From positions 1 to 64,000 of the IMG/VR virus record IMGVR_UViG_3300009164_000047: 64,000 nt of DNA; one strand, 5' to 3'. Every line of letters starts with the position of its first letter. The first letter of the stretch is position 1. Below the pieces are notes generated by a model. It was not told the DNA's origin. It saw only the letters and a list, made by a program, of their open reading frames with translations, and made no database searches. Shown here piece by piece: positions 19,701 through 32,800 of this stretch. The position numbers and the translations under genes were made by a program. The DNA is from a virus.

Positions 19701-19973
19701 GGTCCTGGAATTGCATTACCTATTACGTCAGGTGGCGCATTGAATGTTCAACCATTGAGCCCAGATGCAACTAAGAAATACGATACACTCAAAAAAGAAT
19801 TAGATGAGTTAGATAAAAATAAAAAATGGGATTTGCAGACAGAAAAGAACAAAGCAGACAAAAAATACGGTTCTGATAGTAGTGAATTTAAGACTGCCCT
19901 ACAGAATTATAAAGATTGTTTAATACGTATTGAAGAAATACGAAAAGAAATGTATGACCTAACAAAGGGATAA
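16758..19973 (+). CDS. Central spike protein (gp5/VgrG-like OB fold + beta-helix) with long low-complexity C-terminus
   Basis: D..RSGRIQVYV, PPDIGSEVICIF, GHSFVMDD..LRTSSGHQITMSD, beta-helix-like repeats, RAPAHSPW. Confidence 0.8.
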   Translation: MSENVTKVSGTTAANKPDAGGKISVNYPVKGLVKNTIDANRSGRIQVYVADFGGTEDDDKSWTTVQYMSPFFGMTPGDNAPGSNNDGTFKTNHHSYGLWATPPDIGSEVICIFLNGKKDFGYYIGGIPKTGSHHMVPGIGSSTKITASENEADSYGGATVLPVVEWNDIGKEKVSDFIEVPRPVHSALAGQLHQQGLLRDPIRGAISSSSMRESPSRVFGISTPGRPIYKGGLGDGSNDTAIAQGLSGESDSKLKITSRRGGHSFVMDDGDVQGQNQLVRLRTSSGHQITMSDDGQTLFIVHASGQSYVELGKEGTVDIYAMNSFNVRSQGDINLHADNNVNIHAEKKLNIYSEEINIQSDKKTNLRVGDDFTQHTVGNNTLKVDKGMSAKSSDAASFVSGSATYINGSVVNLNSGSSSLNPEKIKSYNKTTHIDTLFDSVKGWIATPGKLSSIVNRAPAHSPWVNSNMGVDVEIKTSADDALPKPAPKAVQAVNNSAPDSPKNPTTPPVVATVPPAQPVGNMDKSTTQSVVSQQAVSAATNPATTTAVANGSGVVDLNGTKQAVLGKLAQTPAQLEQAGVLKPGSAALADSLVAKGKSLNEALPSNLFTGQGGVNSVSDFVNNPGAQVGTASTLMQQGYNGLKSAGVINGNESAGSISGLVSSAATNGVAATTAFVKGVGGNLPSTSGSGAINPLSGVGSKVGASISEGNFAASMGQKSAGSLGDSIKAGVTSAVDSAKSAAAKGFDAVKSVFKKLEANKPVNLTVAASESDPSYKPPASIKEAATALKDKLSGSPDLKTMAASVSPSSGSPLAGIKSAIPSASSLLPSSSSTTAGVASMTAAASKLGITIPGASDIAGLTDNLKSLPSGAPDLSSLTGLPKPTSLPSTLPQNPLAGVNTKPKIPTGTTAASVVPPGMGLGAFKDGLASLGSFVNKANAGTSKPNLDAIPKGGEGSTILPTFAVDTIDRTSMNSAAASLLGPGIALPITSGGALNVQPLSPDATKKYDTLKKELDELDKNKKWDLQTEKNKADKKYGSDSSEFKTALQNYKDCLIRIEEIRKEMYDLTKG

Positions 19974-19975
19974 AA

Positions 19976-20425
19976 ATGACAATATACAAAGGTTTCTCTA
20001 CACAAAACGTTAATGCTTCCCGCTCAATTAACATTCCTACTGGACTAGTTGACTATACTACTAATGCTGGCCGGTCAACAGTATCATCAACTAAATATTC
20101 AGTCGTTGATGATGAGGCTGTTATATTGAATTTCTTAAATGCACTTAATATTCCGCAAGGTTCTAAACCCGGTAAACCGTCATATGGCACTAATCTATGG
20201 AACTTTATTTTTGAACCAAATGACCATGAAACTACTACTCAATTAAAAGAAGAATTAATTCGTGTAGCTAGATTAGATCCTAGAATTATTCTTAATAACG
20301 TGACAATATATGCTAAAGAAAATGGAATTGTGGCGTCAATTGAATTGGCGGTGAGCCCGGCAAATCAAGTAAGAGACATTGCCATTCTGTTCAACCAAGA
20401 AACAAATACTGCATCATTGTCTTAA
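19976..20425 (+). CDS. Baseplate wedge protein gp25-like
   Basis: YKGFST..LNIPQGSKPGKPSYGTNLWNFIFEP..DPRI. Confidence 0.88.
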   Translation: MTIYKGFSTQNVNASRSINIPTGLVDYTTNAGRSTVSSTKYSVVDDEAVILNFLNALNIPQGSKPGKPSYGTNLWNFIFEPNDHETTTQLKEELIRVARLDPRIILNNVTIYAKENGIVASIELAVSPANQVRDIAILFNQETNTASLS

Positions 20426-20444
20426 AAACCGGTATTTTTACAAC

Positions 20445-20452
20445 GATAAATA
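20445..20452 (+). promoter_or_regulatory. Late promoter core GATAAATA
   Basis: Recurrent intergenic motif upstream of the gp6-like gene. Confidence 0.65.
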
Positions 20453-20473
20453 TATTAAAGAGATACTACTTAT

Positions 20474-23400
20474 ATGGCCACAAGTTCTAGACAATCAACA
20501 ATATTTGGTTCCAATGACTGGAAAACTATCTATAAAACCTTTAGTCAGGCTGATTTCCAAAGCTATGACTATGAAACCCTACGTAAAACTTTCGTAGATT
20601 ATCTAAAAACCTACTACCCTGAGACATTCAATGATTATGTTGAATCTAGTGAGTATATTGCATTACTAGACTTGATTGCATTTATGGGTCAAGGCTTGAG
20701 TTTCCGTGATGATTTGAATACCCGTGAAAACTTTATTGATACAGCAGAACGCCGTGATAGCGTTATCAAATTAGCTAATTTAGTTGGATATAGCCCAAAG
20801 CGTAATCTATCTGCCCAAGGTTTTCTAAAAGTTGTTAGTTTAGCAACAACAGAAAACATTAATGATATTAATGGTATTAATCTTAGCGGTACAACCGTAC
20901 TATGGAATGACCCGTCAAATGGTAATTGGCAAGAACAATTTAATACGATATTGAACGCGGCACTAGTTACTTCACAGCGCATTGGACGCCCCGGTAATAC
21001 GCAAACAGTATTGGGCGTTAAAACAAGCGAGTATAGTTTAAAGATTCCCACTAATGCATTACCTGCGATTGGGTTTACACAAAATATTAATGGCACTGCA
21101 ATGAATTTTGAGTTAATCAGTTCAAGTAGTGCAGGTCAAGAATATGTATATGAAATGTCTCCTAAAGCAAATGGAATATTTAACATGTTGTACAGAAATG
21201 ATAACTTGGGTTATGGAAGTGCAAACACAGGCTTCTTCATGTACTTTAAGCAAGGCACATTAAAAAGTCAATCTTTTTCATTGACACAAAAAATATCCAA
21301 CCAAGTAGTAGACATTAACACTGAAGGTATTAATGATACTGACACTTGGTTGTTCAAAGTTGACCCTGTAACAGGGGCATTAACAGAATGGATTCAGGTA
21401 GATAGTATATACAATAACGCATTAAAGGAAATGAATCTGTTTTCAGTTGATTCACGTTTCAATGACCAAGTTAGTTATGTATTTGGTGACGGCGTATTTG
21501 GTGAAATCCCAATTGGTAATTTCAGAGCATACTATAGAACTGGTAATTCATTACAATATAACATTGATCCAAGTGACATTCAGGGAACTACTGTTTCATT
21601 TAGCTATGTTAGTAAAACTGCTAGAGTTGAAACACTCACCATCACGTTACAATTGACACAACCAGTAACTAATGCACAAGCACGTGAAAGCATTGCTGAT
21701 ATTAAGCTACGTGCCCCGACAAGATTTTATTCTCAGAATCGTATGGTTAATGGTGAAGATTATAATGTATTTCCAAAGACATTATACAGTAGTGTATTAA
21801 AAAGCAAAGCATTAAATCGCAGTAGCATTGGCACATCACGTAATTTTGACTTGCTTGACCCAACTGCAAAATACTCAAGTGTAAATTCATTTGCAGAAGA
21901 TGGCGCATTATATTTTAAACAAAATGATGAATTTCAACCTCTTAATTTAGATAGAGGCACTACTAGTGTTATTAGTTTCTTAACTAATAAGTTATTATCT
22001 ATCTTATCTAGTCGTAGAATGCAACAATACTATGTTATCAATGCATCTAGGTATACAGTAACTGACGTTTCTTGGAAGCAAACGTCTTTTAATTCTACTA
22101 ATATTACTGGTTATTTCAAATTGGTCAGTATAGGCACTGCTATTCCTGTGGGTATCTATAGCGGAACTAATATGAAGTATGCAACAACCGGAGCATTGAT
22201 TAAGTTTGTTGCACCCGGGGGTTTTGTATTTCAAAACAATAGACTAGTACCAAAGTTACCTGGACCCGGTGACTTAACTTATATATGGACATCAATTGTT
22301 AATGTTATTGATGATGGATACAACGGCGGCGTTGGTAATTTGTACAATGGATTAGGTCCTGTGACACTAAGTCACAATATACCAACCGGCGCACTAGTAT
22401 CAATTATTATTCCGGTATTTGATAATATCGTCCCCAGCGCAATAATTCAAAATGCTATTGCTCGCTGTATTAATAATCAAAGCTTCTCTTTGAACTATGA
22501 TAACTCATTATCAATATCAGACACAAGACGTTGGTCTATTTCTGATTATAATGCAACTACCTTTTTGGTTAATTTCAAAAGTATAGGAGATGGAATATAT
22601 TCAGTGACTAACAAAGCGTTAGCATATTATTTTGGTAGTGCTAATGATACACGTTTTTCGTTTGACAGAAGTAAAATCATTTATGATCCGTTGTCAGGGA
22701 AGTCATTATATGACACGGTTAAAGTCTTAAAAACAAACTCATTGCCCGGATCAAATGCAAACTTTGGGGATGACGTTACATTAGCAGTAGTAGGTCAACC
22801 AGTAGAAGCCGATGGTTATGTTGATGATTACTCAATTGAAGTAAGTGTTATTGATCCTGCTAACAATAAGATTATTAGCAATCCAGATTTCTTTAATTAT
22901 GTTACTGGTTATGGTCAAGGACTAAAAAATTATGTGTTTGTTGAAAAGATTATAGACAGTAATTTATTAAACAAATTTAGAATTATCCCAAGCACTGAGA
23001 TTGTAACTATATTTAATAATGTAGTGCAAATTCAATCTATAAAATACGAATATCCACTTGGGCAGAAATTCTATGCAACTGATGACAAAGTATTTTATCA
23101 ATCAGTCAATGACGCAACTTCTGCAAATATATTAAAATTAAATGTGCTAACAAACATTAGCACATATTCAGGGCGTCAGGGCTTGTACTTTCAATACAAA
23201 CACAATAGTAGTAATACTGGTAGAATCAATCCAGCTACTACAAACATTATTGATATGTATCTAGTTACACAATCATATTATACACAGTATCGTCAATGGA
23301 TTACTGATACAACAAATAAAGTACTCGAACCAACTATGCCCACTATTAATGAGTTATCACAATCTTATGGTAAGATTGAAGATTATAAAATGTTAAGTGA

Positions 23401-23803
23401 CAGTGTTATTTTAAACAGCGTAAAATTTAAACCATTGTTTGGAATGAAAGCAGACCCGCAATTACAAGCTACTATTAAGGTTATCAAAGCAAGTAAAACC
23501 ACAGCAAGTGAAAGTGAAATAAGTATTGCTGTAGTGAATGCAATTAACAACTATTTTGATATAAGTAATTGGGATTTTGGCGACACGTTTTATTTCAGTG
23601 AACTAAGTGCATATTTGCATAGTGAATTGGGTGACTTAATTGGATCAGCCATATTAATTCCAAAAGACTCAACATTAAAATTTGGAGATTTATATGAAAT
23701 TCGTAGCGCACCAAATGAAATATTTGTAAGTGCTTTACAAGTATCAGATATACAGGTAATAACATCGTTGACAGCAAATGAATTTCAAACAATTAGCGGA
23801 TAA
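20474..23803 (+). CDS. Baseplate wedge protein gp6-like
   Basis: FNDYVESSE..LLDLIA..ENFIDTAERRDSV..LVGYSP; VFGDGVFGEIP; ESIADIKLRAP..QNRMVNGEDY. Confidence 0.9.
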   Translation: MATSSRQSTIFGSNDWKTIYKTFSQADFQSYDYETLRKTFVDYLKTYYPETFNDYVESSEYIALLDLIAFMGQGLSFRDDLNTRENFIDTAERRDSVIKLANLVGYSPKRNLSAQGFLKVVSLATTENINDINGINLSGTTVLWNDPSNGNWQEQFNTILNAALVTSQRIGRPGNTQTVLGVKTSEYSLKIPTNALPAIGFTQNINGTAMNFELISSSSAGQEYVYEMSPKANGIFNMLYRNDNLGYGSANTGFFMYFKQGTLKSQSFSLTQKISNQVVDINTEGINDTDTWLFKVDPVTGALTEWIQVDSIYNNALKEMNLFSVDSRFNDQVSYVFGDGVFGEIPIGNFRAYYRTGNSLQYNIDPSDIQGTTVSFSYVSKTARVETLTITLQLTQPVTNAQARESIADIKLRAPTRFYSQNRMVNGEDYNVFPKTLYSSVLKSKALNRSSIGTSRNFDLLDPTAKYSSVNSFAEDGALYFKQNDEFQPLNLDRGTTSVISFLTNKLLSILSSRRMQQYYVINASRYTVTDVSWKQTSFNSTNITGYFKLVSIGTAIPVGIYSGTNMKYATTGALIKFVAPGGFVFQNNRLVPKLPGPGDLTYIWTSIVNVIDDGYNGGVGNLYNGLGPVTLSHNIPTGALVSIIIPVFDNIVPSAIIQNAIARCINNQSFSLNYDNSLSISDTRRWSISDYNATTFLVNFKSIGDGIYSVTNKALAYYFGSANDTRFSFDRSKIIYDPLSGKSLYDTVKVLKTNSLPGSNANFGDDVTLAVVGQPVEADGYVDDYSIEVSVIDPANNKIISNPDFFNYVTGYGQGLKNYVFVEKIIDSNLLNKFRIIPSTEIVTIFNNVVQIQSIKYEYPLGQKFYATDDKVFYQSVNDATSANILKLNVLTNISTYSGRQGLYFQYKHNSSNTGRINPATTNIIDMYLVTQSYYTQYRQWITDTTNKVLEPTMPTINELSQSYGKIEDYKMLSDSVILNSVKFKPLFGMKADPQLQATIKVIKASKTTASESEISIAVVNAINNYFDISNWDFGDTFYFSELSAYLHSELGDLIGSAILIPKDSTLKFGDLYEIRSAPNEIFVSALQVSDIQVITSLTANEFQTISG

Positions 23804-23808
23804 TAATA

Positions 23809-26800
23809 ATGGCAAATAGAGTTAGAACAATTGATTTTCTTCCTGAGATTTTTAGAACAGAAACTAATAATCAATTCTTGGGTGCTACCCTAGACCAACT
23901 AGTTACACCTCCTAAATTAGATAAAATTGAAGGATATATTGGTCGTAAATTCGAATATGGATTAACTGCTAGTGATAGTTATATTGTTGAACCTAGTAAA
24001 ATTAGACAAGACTATCAGTTTGAACCAGGTGTAATATTTACTAAAACTAATACTAGTACTGCGGTTGATTTTTTAACATACCCCGGATTAGTTGACGCAC
24101 TTGTATCTGAAAATGGATCAGTAATTAATCATTCTAAACTATTTGCAAATCAATTCTATTCATGGGATAGTTTTGTAGATTTAGATAAACTTGTTAACTT
24201 CAGTCAATACTATTGGTTGCCTGATGGTCCTGATGTTGTGGATGTAAAAACTAGTTTATTGTATAACAAATTAGATTATGTTGTTACTAATCAGTCAATA
24301 GACTATTCTATTTCTGCCAATGACATTAGTTTGGGTAAGAATCCAATAATAACATTACTACGTGGTGGCACCTACACATTTAATGTATCACAACCAAATA
24401 AGTTTTATATTCAAACTAGTCCTGGAACTTCAGGTAAAAATCCATCACGTGTTAACTTAACTAGCAGAGAGATTTATGGATTGGATAATAACGGCATTGA
24501 TGCTGGTTTTATGACGTTTACTGTCCCTTATGCAACTGACCAAGATAATATCAAATATCCCGGTAATAATCCAGTTGACATTGTGTGTACTTTACCTTTC
24601 GAAAAAGTACACGGTATGCCATTGAGTAAACTTAAAGAAATTGATGGAATTAATTCATTGCGTAACAGAACATTAATGTTTTATGGATTTAAACCGGGAA
24701 CAACTGCTAAACTTACTAACTTCTATGACAACGTAGCATTTGATGATGTTACCTATGACGGCGGTGATACTACAGTAATTACAAATAATTTCTATAAAAT
24801 TAATTATGTTAGTGAAGACGACGGTGACCCCGTAATTATATTGACTGAACAGAAGGTTATTCCAACTAATCAAAAAATTACTGCAATATTTGGTGAAACT
24901 TTTATTAGCAGAGACTTTGTAAAAAATCAATTAGGTGAAATACTTCAATTAGCACAAATCACGGCTGATTTAGATACACTATATTATCAGGACGCAGTTG
25001 ATCCATTAAAGACCGGACTTATAAAGTTAGTAGAAGATAATGCATCACATAAAATCAATGTTGAAGCTGAAATTCTAGGGAAGAAAACTTATAAAAGTCC
25101 GTTTGGTGTTGTGTTTACAAACGGAATGAAGATTAATTTTGTGGGCTCAATATTTCCGGAATCATATAAAGATAAAAAATACTATGTAGAAGGTGTTGGA
25201 ACTGGAATAGAATTAGTACCTGAAACTGATGTATTGGTTCCAGAAACCTTCAGTCAGATTGTTTATAAATCATATGATAATGAAGGATTTGATACATCAA
25301 CATTCAGTGAACGATTGAATGTCCCTGTAGTTAAAGATTACATTACTATTAGTAGAAATGCAAAAAATAGAAATGCATGGAGTCGTAGTAATCGTTGGTT
25401 TCATATTAATGTATTGAAAGCTACTGCTTTATATTCAAGTGGCAAGATATCTAACGCCGCATTGAACAACGCAGATAACCGTGCCAAAAGACCAATCATT
25501 GAATTTTATCCAAATTTAAAATTGTTTAATAGTGGGACTATGCATAAAACATTTGTTGATTTTATTGATACTACAACCACTAATGCTAATACTCAAGTAT
25601 CAGGACAAACATCTTACATACCCGATGGTAGCTTACCGCTATTTGATGGTGCAACAATTGTTTTTACTGCTGATAATGATGTTGAAGTGCGAAATAAAAT
25701 ATTTACTGTAAGATTTCGATCAATTACTGGATCTGGTTCACCGATAATTACATTAACTAATGCAAATAAAGATGTAATTGTTGCAAATGAACAAGTAGTT
25801 TCAAAACGTGGAACTAATAACGTTGGCAAAACATATTATTTTAACGGGTCAAATTGGTCGTACTCACAAGCAAAAACATTAATAAATCAACCTCCTATAT
25901 TCGATGTGTTTGATATTAATGGTGTAAGTTTTAGCAATCAATCATATTATCAAGGTAGTGATTTTAAGGGAACTAAATTATTTTCATATGCTATTGGTAC
26001 CGGTACTGATGATATTATATTGGGGTTTCCAATAAAGTATAGTTCAGTAGCTAATATTGGCGATATTAATTTTAATATTGATTTTAACAGTGATTCGTTT
26101 AATTTTATTAAAAATTTTGTTTCTACTACATATAATATTACCGATGGATATGTTCATAACTATACTTCACTTACTGCCTACAATAGAAAAATAGGTTGGG
26201 AAACTGCGATTGGTGAAAGTTTTCAGTATCAAGCATTTGAATTTGAATATACCATTGGTAAATCTTTTTCAACATTAAAATTTAATATATTGCCGGTAAC
26301 TTCAAGTCCTTGGCCAACAGTCAAAGTTTATTTTGATAGTACGGAACTCACTTCATCACAATTTACAGTTAAAACATCAACTACGTTAAATCAAACAACT
26401 GTTACTTTATTATTTCCACCAGTAGTTAATACAATGATGCAAGTGTTGATATACAGTAATGATCCACTTGATTCAAAAGCATATTTTACTATACCAAGTA
26501 ACTTATCTAATAACCCGTTCAATGTTGATATCCCTGAATTAAGTTTAGGTGATTTGCGTGGACATTACCAAAGCATTTACAATAACAGTAGAAAAATTAC
26601 CGGTGATGTGTTTGGGGCAAATAACTTTAGAGATGTTGGAAATTTAATTCCGTATTCTACTAAAATAATCAGAAACAGTGCGCCAATGGTAAAATTGGCA
26701 GCATTCATGCGCCATCCAGAATACAATTTAATAGATTCATTGTCATTTAACGCACAAGAATATGTTAAGTTTAAACAATTGATGTTATCAACTGTTGACC

Positions 26801-29800
26801 AATCAGAATATTTCCCAACAATGTCCGGTGGACAGATGTTAGATGATGTATTGCAACAGATTGCTTCATATAAACAAGAAAGTGATAGTTTCTTTTGGTC
26901 AGATATGTTACCTGCGAGAGCACCATATATCTCTAAAATTTATACATTCAATGCATTTATTGATACAAGCTTCTTCCCATTAAGCAAGATATATGATTTT
27001 AAAAATGCAAACTATAATTCAATTTTAGTTTATAGTAAGAATACTGTCGGCGGGATTGATAGATACACTCAATTAATTAAAGATTTAGATTATACTATTA
27101 GCAGTACTCAGCCTAAATTACAAATTACTAAGGATTTAGTGGCAGGGGATACAATCATAGTCAACGAATATAATACTACGTATGGTAGTTATGTTCCAAA
27201 TACTCCTAGCAAATTAGGATTATATCCTGCAAGTCGCCCAAGTATTGTATTAGACAACAGTTATCTAATTCCTACGTATTTTATTAAAGGACATGACGGA
27301 TCATTAACTAAATTGTTTGGTGCATATAATAATGGTTACTTAGAAGATTTTAAAGATAAAGTTTTATTAGAGTTTGAAACTCGTATCTATAATAACATCA
27401 AAGTAAGTGCTCCTATTCCAATCAAAGAAGATGAAATTATTCCTGGTTACTTTAGAAGCACCGGCAACTCAATAGCAGAAGTTCAAAATATATATTCTGT
27501 TAATTTCTTAGACTGGGTTGGTAAGAATAACATTGACTTTGCAAATAATTTTTATTCTTCAAGTGAAAAATTTACTTGGAATTACAAAAATGCTACAGAT
27601 AAAACTAATAAAGTTATAACTCAAGGTTTCTGGAGAGGAATATATTTGTGGTATTATGATACTACCACCCCTCATTCAACGCCATGGGAGATGTTGGGAC
27701 TAACAGATAAACCTTCTTGGTGGGATGCTCGTTATGGTGAAGCACCATATACTAGCGATAATAAAGTATTGTGGACAGACATTGAGGCAGGAAGAATTAA
27801 TGGAACAGTTAATTCACGTAGAGCAAGACCCGGATTGTCTACAATATTGCCGGTTGATTCATATGGTAATTTAAAGAATCCATTTAATACAATGGTTCGT
27901 GATTATAGTAAGGCAGTATTTAACACTGCATGGGATGTGGGTGATGTAGGTCCTGCAGAATATAGTTATAGAAGAAGTAGTAACTGGCCATTTGATTTAA
28001 TGAAGATAATTGCATTATTAAAACCTGCAAAGTTCTTCTCATTGGCACAGGATATAGATTTATATACATATAGTTCAGAATTTAACCAATTCTTGTTGGA
28101 TGGATTCCTACATGGGAATAAAATTCCACTATTGTATGGTAATGGGACAGCACAGCATGGTTATATGAATTGGATTGTTGATTATGTTCAACGAACCGGA
28201 CACATAGGACATAATAAAGTTACATCATTATTAAACAATTTAGATGTAAGATTAATTTATAGAATTGCTGGTTTTACCGACAAAGAATATTTAAATTTTT
28301 ACTTAGAAAAAACAAGCACCAATTCAAATAATGTGTCATTGTTGTTACCTAGTGAAAGTTACAATGTAATGTTGTATCAAAATCAACCTGAATTTACTAT
28401 TCGCTATAGTAGTATAATTATACAAAAAACTTCTGCTAATGGATATTCAGTTACCGGTAATAGTCAGACTCGTTCATATTTTATGACATATACATCCGAC
28501 CCGGATGGTACGTACAAAGTAATTGAAGTAAATGGTAAAAAGGTTAATATACCTAATAATTACAGCACTGTAATTAAATATGTTCCTTATGGTACGGTGT
28601 TTACTACAGCGCAATCACTGGGTGAATTCATTACAAACTACGGTAGATATCTAACCGACCAAGGAATACAATTTGATAATCAAGAAAATGAATTCATATT
28701 AAACTGGGAACAAATGGTTGCTGAGGCACTATATTGGGTAGGCGCAAATTGGGAAGTTGGAAGTTTGATTAGTATTAATCCAGTTGCAAATTGTTTAGTA
28801 ATTAATAAAGATAGTTTAATTGTCCAGCCACTTACCGCACAGGATAAGAATTTTATTTTGAATCAAAACTTATATGCAATTCATTCAAGCGATTTAGCAA
28901 TATTAAGAGATGACACTAGATTTGAAGTTAGACCATTAAATGATGGTGATACTATTTCATATTTTACTGCCAGTTTAAATTCACTAGAACATGGTATTGT
29001 GTTTGATAACGTGTCATTGTTCAATGATACAATATTCAACAAACTTACCGGATTACGTCAGAATAGATTGTTCTTGCGAGGACAAAAAACTGCTGAATGG
29101 AATGGTACATTAAATGCTCAAGGATTCTTATTAAATCAGGATAATATTGAAAATTGGTCAGCGAATGTAAAATACGTTAAGGGTTCTATTGTAACACATC
29201 AGAACAAATATTGGATGGCTAATAAAACGGTGTTGGCATCACTTACATTCAATTCAAATGATTGGATTGAAACAGATTACGAAAAGATTCAAAAAGGGTT
29301 ATTACCCAATGCAAGTACACGTGCATCAGAAAGTGCATTGTACTATGATATTAAAAATGCTAACTTAAAGAATGATGGAGATTTGCTAGGGTTCTCATTG
29401 ATTGGATATAGACCTAGAGATTACTTATCTGCTAGTGATTTATCAGATATTTCACAAGTTAATTTATATAAAAGTTTTCTTAGTGAAAAGGGAACTAAGA
29501 ATGCAGTTAATATTGCTCAAAACATTACATTAGATGTTGGACAAATCAAATATGATGTATATGAAAACTGGGCTATTAAGACTGCTGAATACGGTGGAAT
29601 AACTAACCATAATTTTATTGAATTCAAACTTAACAAAACTCAATTAACTGGTAATCCCAATATCATAGGTATAGTAAATGATAAACCTGAATCAGGACTA
29701 TTACAGACTATTCCTTTATATGGACTAACTAATTTTGGATCAGTAATTACAGACATTAATATTCTACCTAGAAAACCCCTTGATTATTTTGAGAAGTTAC

Positions 29801-32800
29801 CAAGCGCAGGATATGTAAACTTTAATGACATTAAGATGTTTAGCTTATCATTTGACAGATTGAGTGTAGGTACGCTGACTGCAAATGACATATTTCAGGG
29901 TGATTATATTTGGATTGCAGATGACTATGGTAGTTGGAAAGTAACTACACCAATTCCAATGGGTACTATTAATAAACATGTTAATGCTATAAGTGTAAAT
30001 AATAATTTTAATGGTACTGCTACATTTGAATTTGATTTCCCGCACGGGTTAGTAAAAGACGATACATTTATGATTGTTAACTATGATTCCTCTATTGACG
30101 GGTTTTATAGAGTTAATACTGTAGGTGGTCTAACAACCGTGACAGTAGATTTATCATTGCCGTCAGACACAACCTCAATCAATAGTTTGGGTATTGCGTC
30201 TAAGTTTCAAACTCAACGCATAACAACCACAAAAGAATTATCTAATTTATTATTAATGAATGACGGGGCTAGTCAACAAAAAGTATGGGTTGACACTGAC
30301 CAAAATGGTAAATGGGCAGTATTGCAAAAAGATTTAAGCTACAAATATACTAATTTATTAAAACGATCAGGTACACAGAATTTTGGTAACTCTGTTATAT
30401 TTGATAAAGACTTAGGAATATATATTGGAGATCCTGGAGCAAGAACAGTTTACAGATATGCTTATGCTAAGGCAGGTACGTATGGTGTAACTTCAATTAA
30501 TGCAAATACATATGAATATAAAGAATCAGCATATGTAAATACAGCTGGATTTGGTACTGCAATGGCTAAATCAGATGATGTTATTATAATTACTTCACCT
30601 GGTGCGACAAACAGTTATGTCTATGTTGGTGTATTACATCCAAGTACGCATAAATCGTTTATTGTTCAACAAGTAATTACTATTGCCGGTAAACGTGTAG
30701 GTGATGCGGTAGCATTATCTGGTGATAAGAAATGGTTATATTTAAGTTCTTTAACAGAAGCAAAAGTTTATGTGTATAGACTTGATGATAATGTTATTCG
30801 TGTATCTGCTGGATTTGTACTCTCATCTGCAATCGCAATCTATGCTACTGGTTTTATAGTTAACGGAGACCAGTCTGATGGGTTAGGTCATGGAGATAAA
30901 GTTTCATTCTCTAATGCTATCAAAGCAGAATCATATGTAATTGAAACTAGTGAATACAATTTAGGTACAAATAAGACTACTTTTTACATTGAAGGTAATT
31001 TTAAATCACTAGTAGCTACTGGAACTACAGTCTATAAAGCAACATATAATTATTCAAGTGTAACAACATTAAATGTGTCAGATGTTATTCCTGCTTGGTC
31101 AGGCTCTACACCCTACAGTGTAGGTGCAGTGGTATTTCATAGTGGTAACACTTATATAGCAGTAGGCGGCAGCACTAACCAAAATCCAAGCACCCAGACA
31201 GTATACTGGAAAGTATCTAACACTGGCTTTGGTACTACTTTATCTACAAATTTTGATGGAAGTAAAGTTTTTATCAGTGCACCTACATTAGATTTTACAC
31301 CCACACTATTCAATATGGGTGCAGTATATGTTTATAACAGAATAGTGCAAAATATTACATACGTGCGTGACTCTATTGATTGGACAGATTTAACTACTAA
31401 GCTAGCGTGGTCTCCTGCAAATGGTATTTCAGTCTCACATAATGGTCAGTTACTAGTTCCTGCAATAGATTACACTACCACAGCTAACACAGTTACGTTT
31501 AAATATCCGTTTAGAGTTGGTGCAGGTGATGTAGTTAATATTAGTTCAGGCGACTTTGTTTTCACACAAACTCTTACACCATACGACTATAGAACAAGTG
31601 TTAGATCCAGTATTGCATTTGGTACAGGATTAGACACAAATATATTTGGCAATGATGTTCTTGTTGGTGCACCGTTCGATATATCAGTTGATAATTATGA
31701 AGGTGCAGTCTATAGATATACACATGAAGGTAAAAAGTACGGCACAATTACTGGAGTAAATGCAGTAACTTTGGTTTCTACTGCAACTATTTTAATCAAC
31801 GGAACAGTTGTAGTATTACCTAGTACAGGTTTAAATAATATTGTTACTGCTATTAACCAAGCAGGAATATTAAACGTGATAGCAACTGCCATTGATGAAA
31901 CTAAACTACAGATTAGTTTACGTGATCCTAAATTAGGTAGATTAAATGACAAATTAACAATCACTGTGTTTAACAAATCTGTACTAGATAGTTTAGGAAT
32001 CAAAGAGTACACCCAAACACAAACTATTAGAGAAGTTCATAATACTACAAATCCAACTCAATTTGGATATTCTATAAAGTTTAATGAATATAACTCAGTG
32101 GCGATTAGTGCGCCGGTGGCAAATAGATTTGCCGCAACAACATTTGATTTTATTGACGATAGTAAATCAAATAATGACACGTATTTTGATAATAACTTCA
32201 CTAGATTTATTGATTCATTTGCAAATGCAGGTGCAGTATTTGTTTATGACTATATTGCAGAATATAATGAAAGTCTAAGTAACTTAGGTAGTTATGTATT
32301 TGCTCAATCATGTAATGATTTAATTACTAACATTGGACCTAGTGCATTCTATGGTAGACAATTAGCATTTAGTGAATACACATTGGTTGTTGGTATACCT
32401 GATAATTATTCAGGAGATGGATTTAATGGTAGGGTAGTTGCTTATAAAAATCTTACTAACAAACCAAATTGGAACATATTTAGAAAATCAAATGATGTTG
32501 TTGATGTTGATAGATTATCCGGAGTTCAAATATATGACAACGACACCAATGAACGTAGTCAATCATTAGATTATATTGATCCATTGCAAGGCAAGTTGTT
32601 GGGTGTGGTCATGGAAAATCTAGACTATGTTGATAGCATTGACCCTGCTGGTTACAATACAGACGTTAGAAATCATAACTTAGTTTGGTCTAGTGAATAT
32701 ATAGGTAAACTATGGTTTGACACATCCTCAACTCGTTTTGTAAACTATCACCAAGAAGATACTGTATATAATAGTAGATATTGGGGCACTGTTTTCCCTG

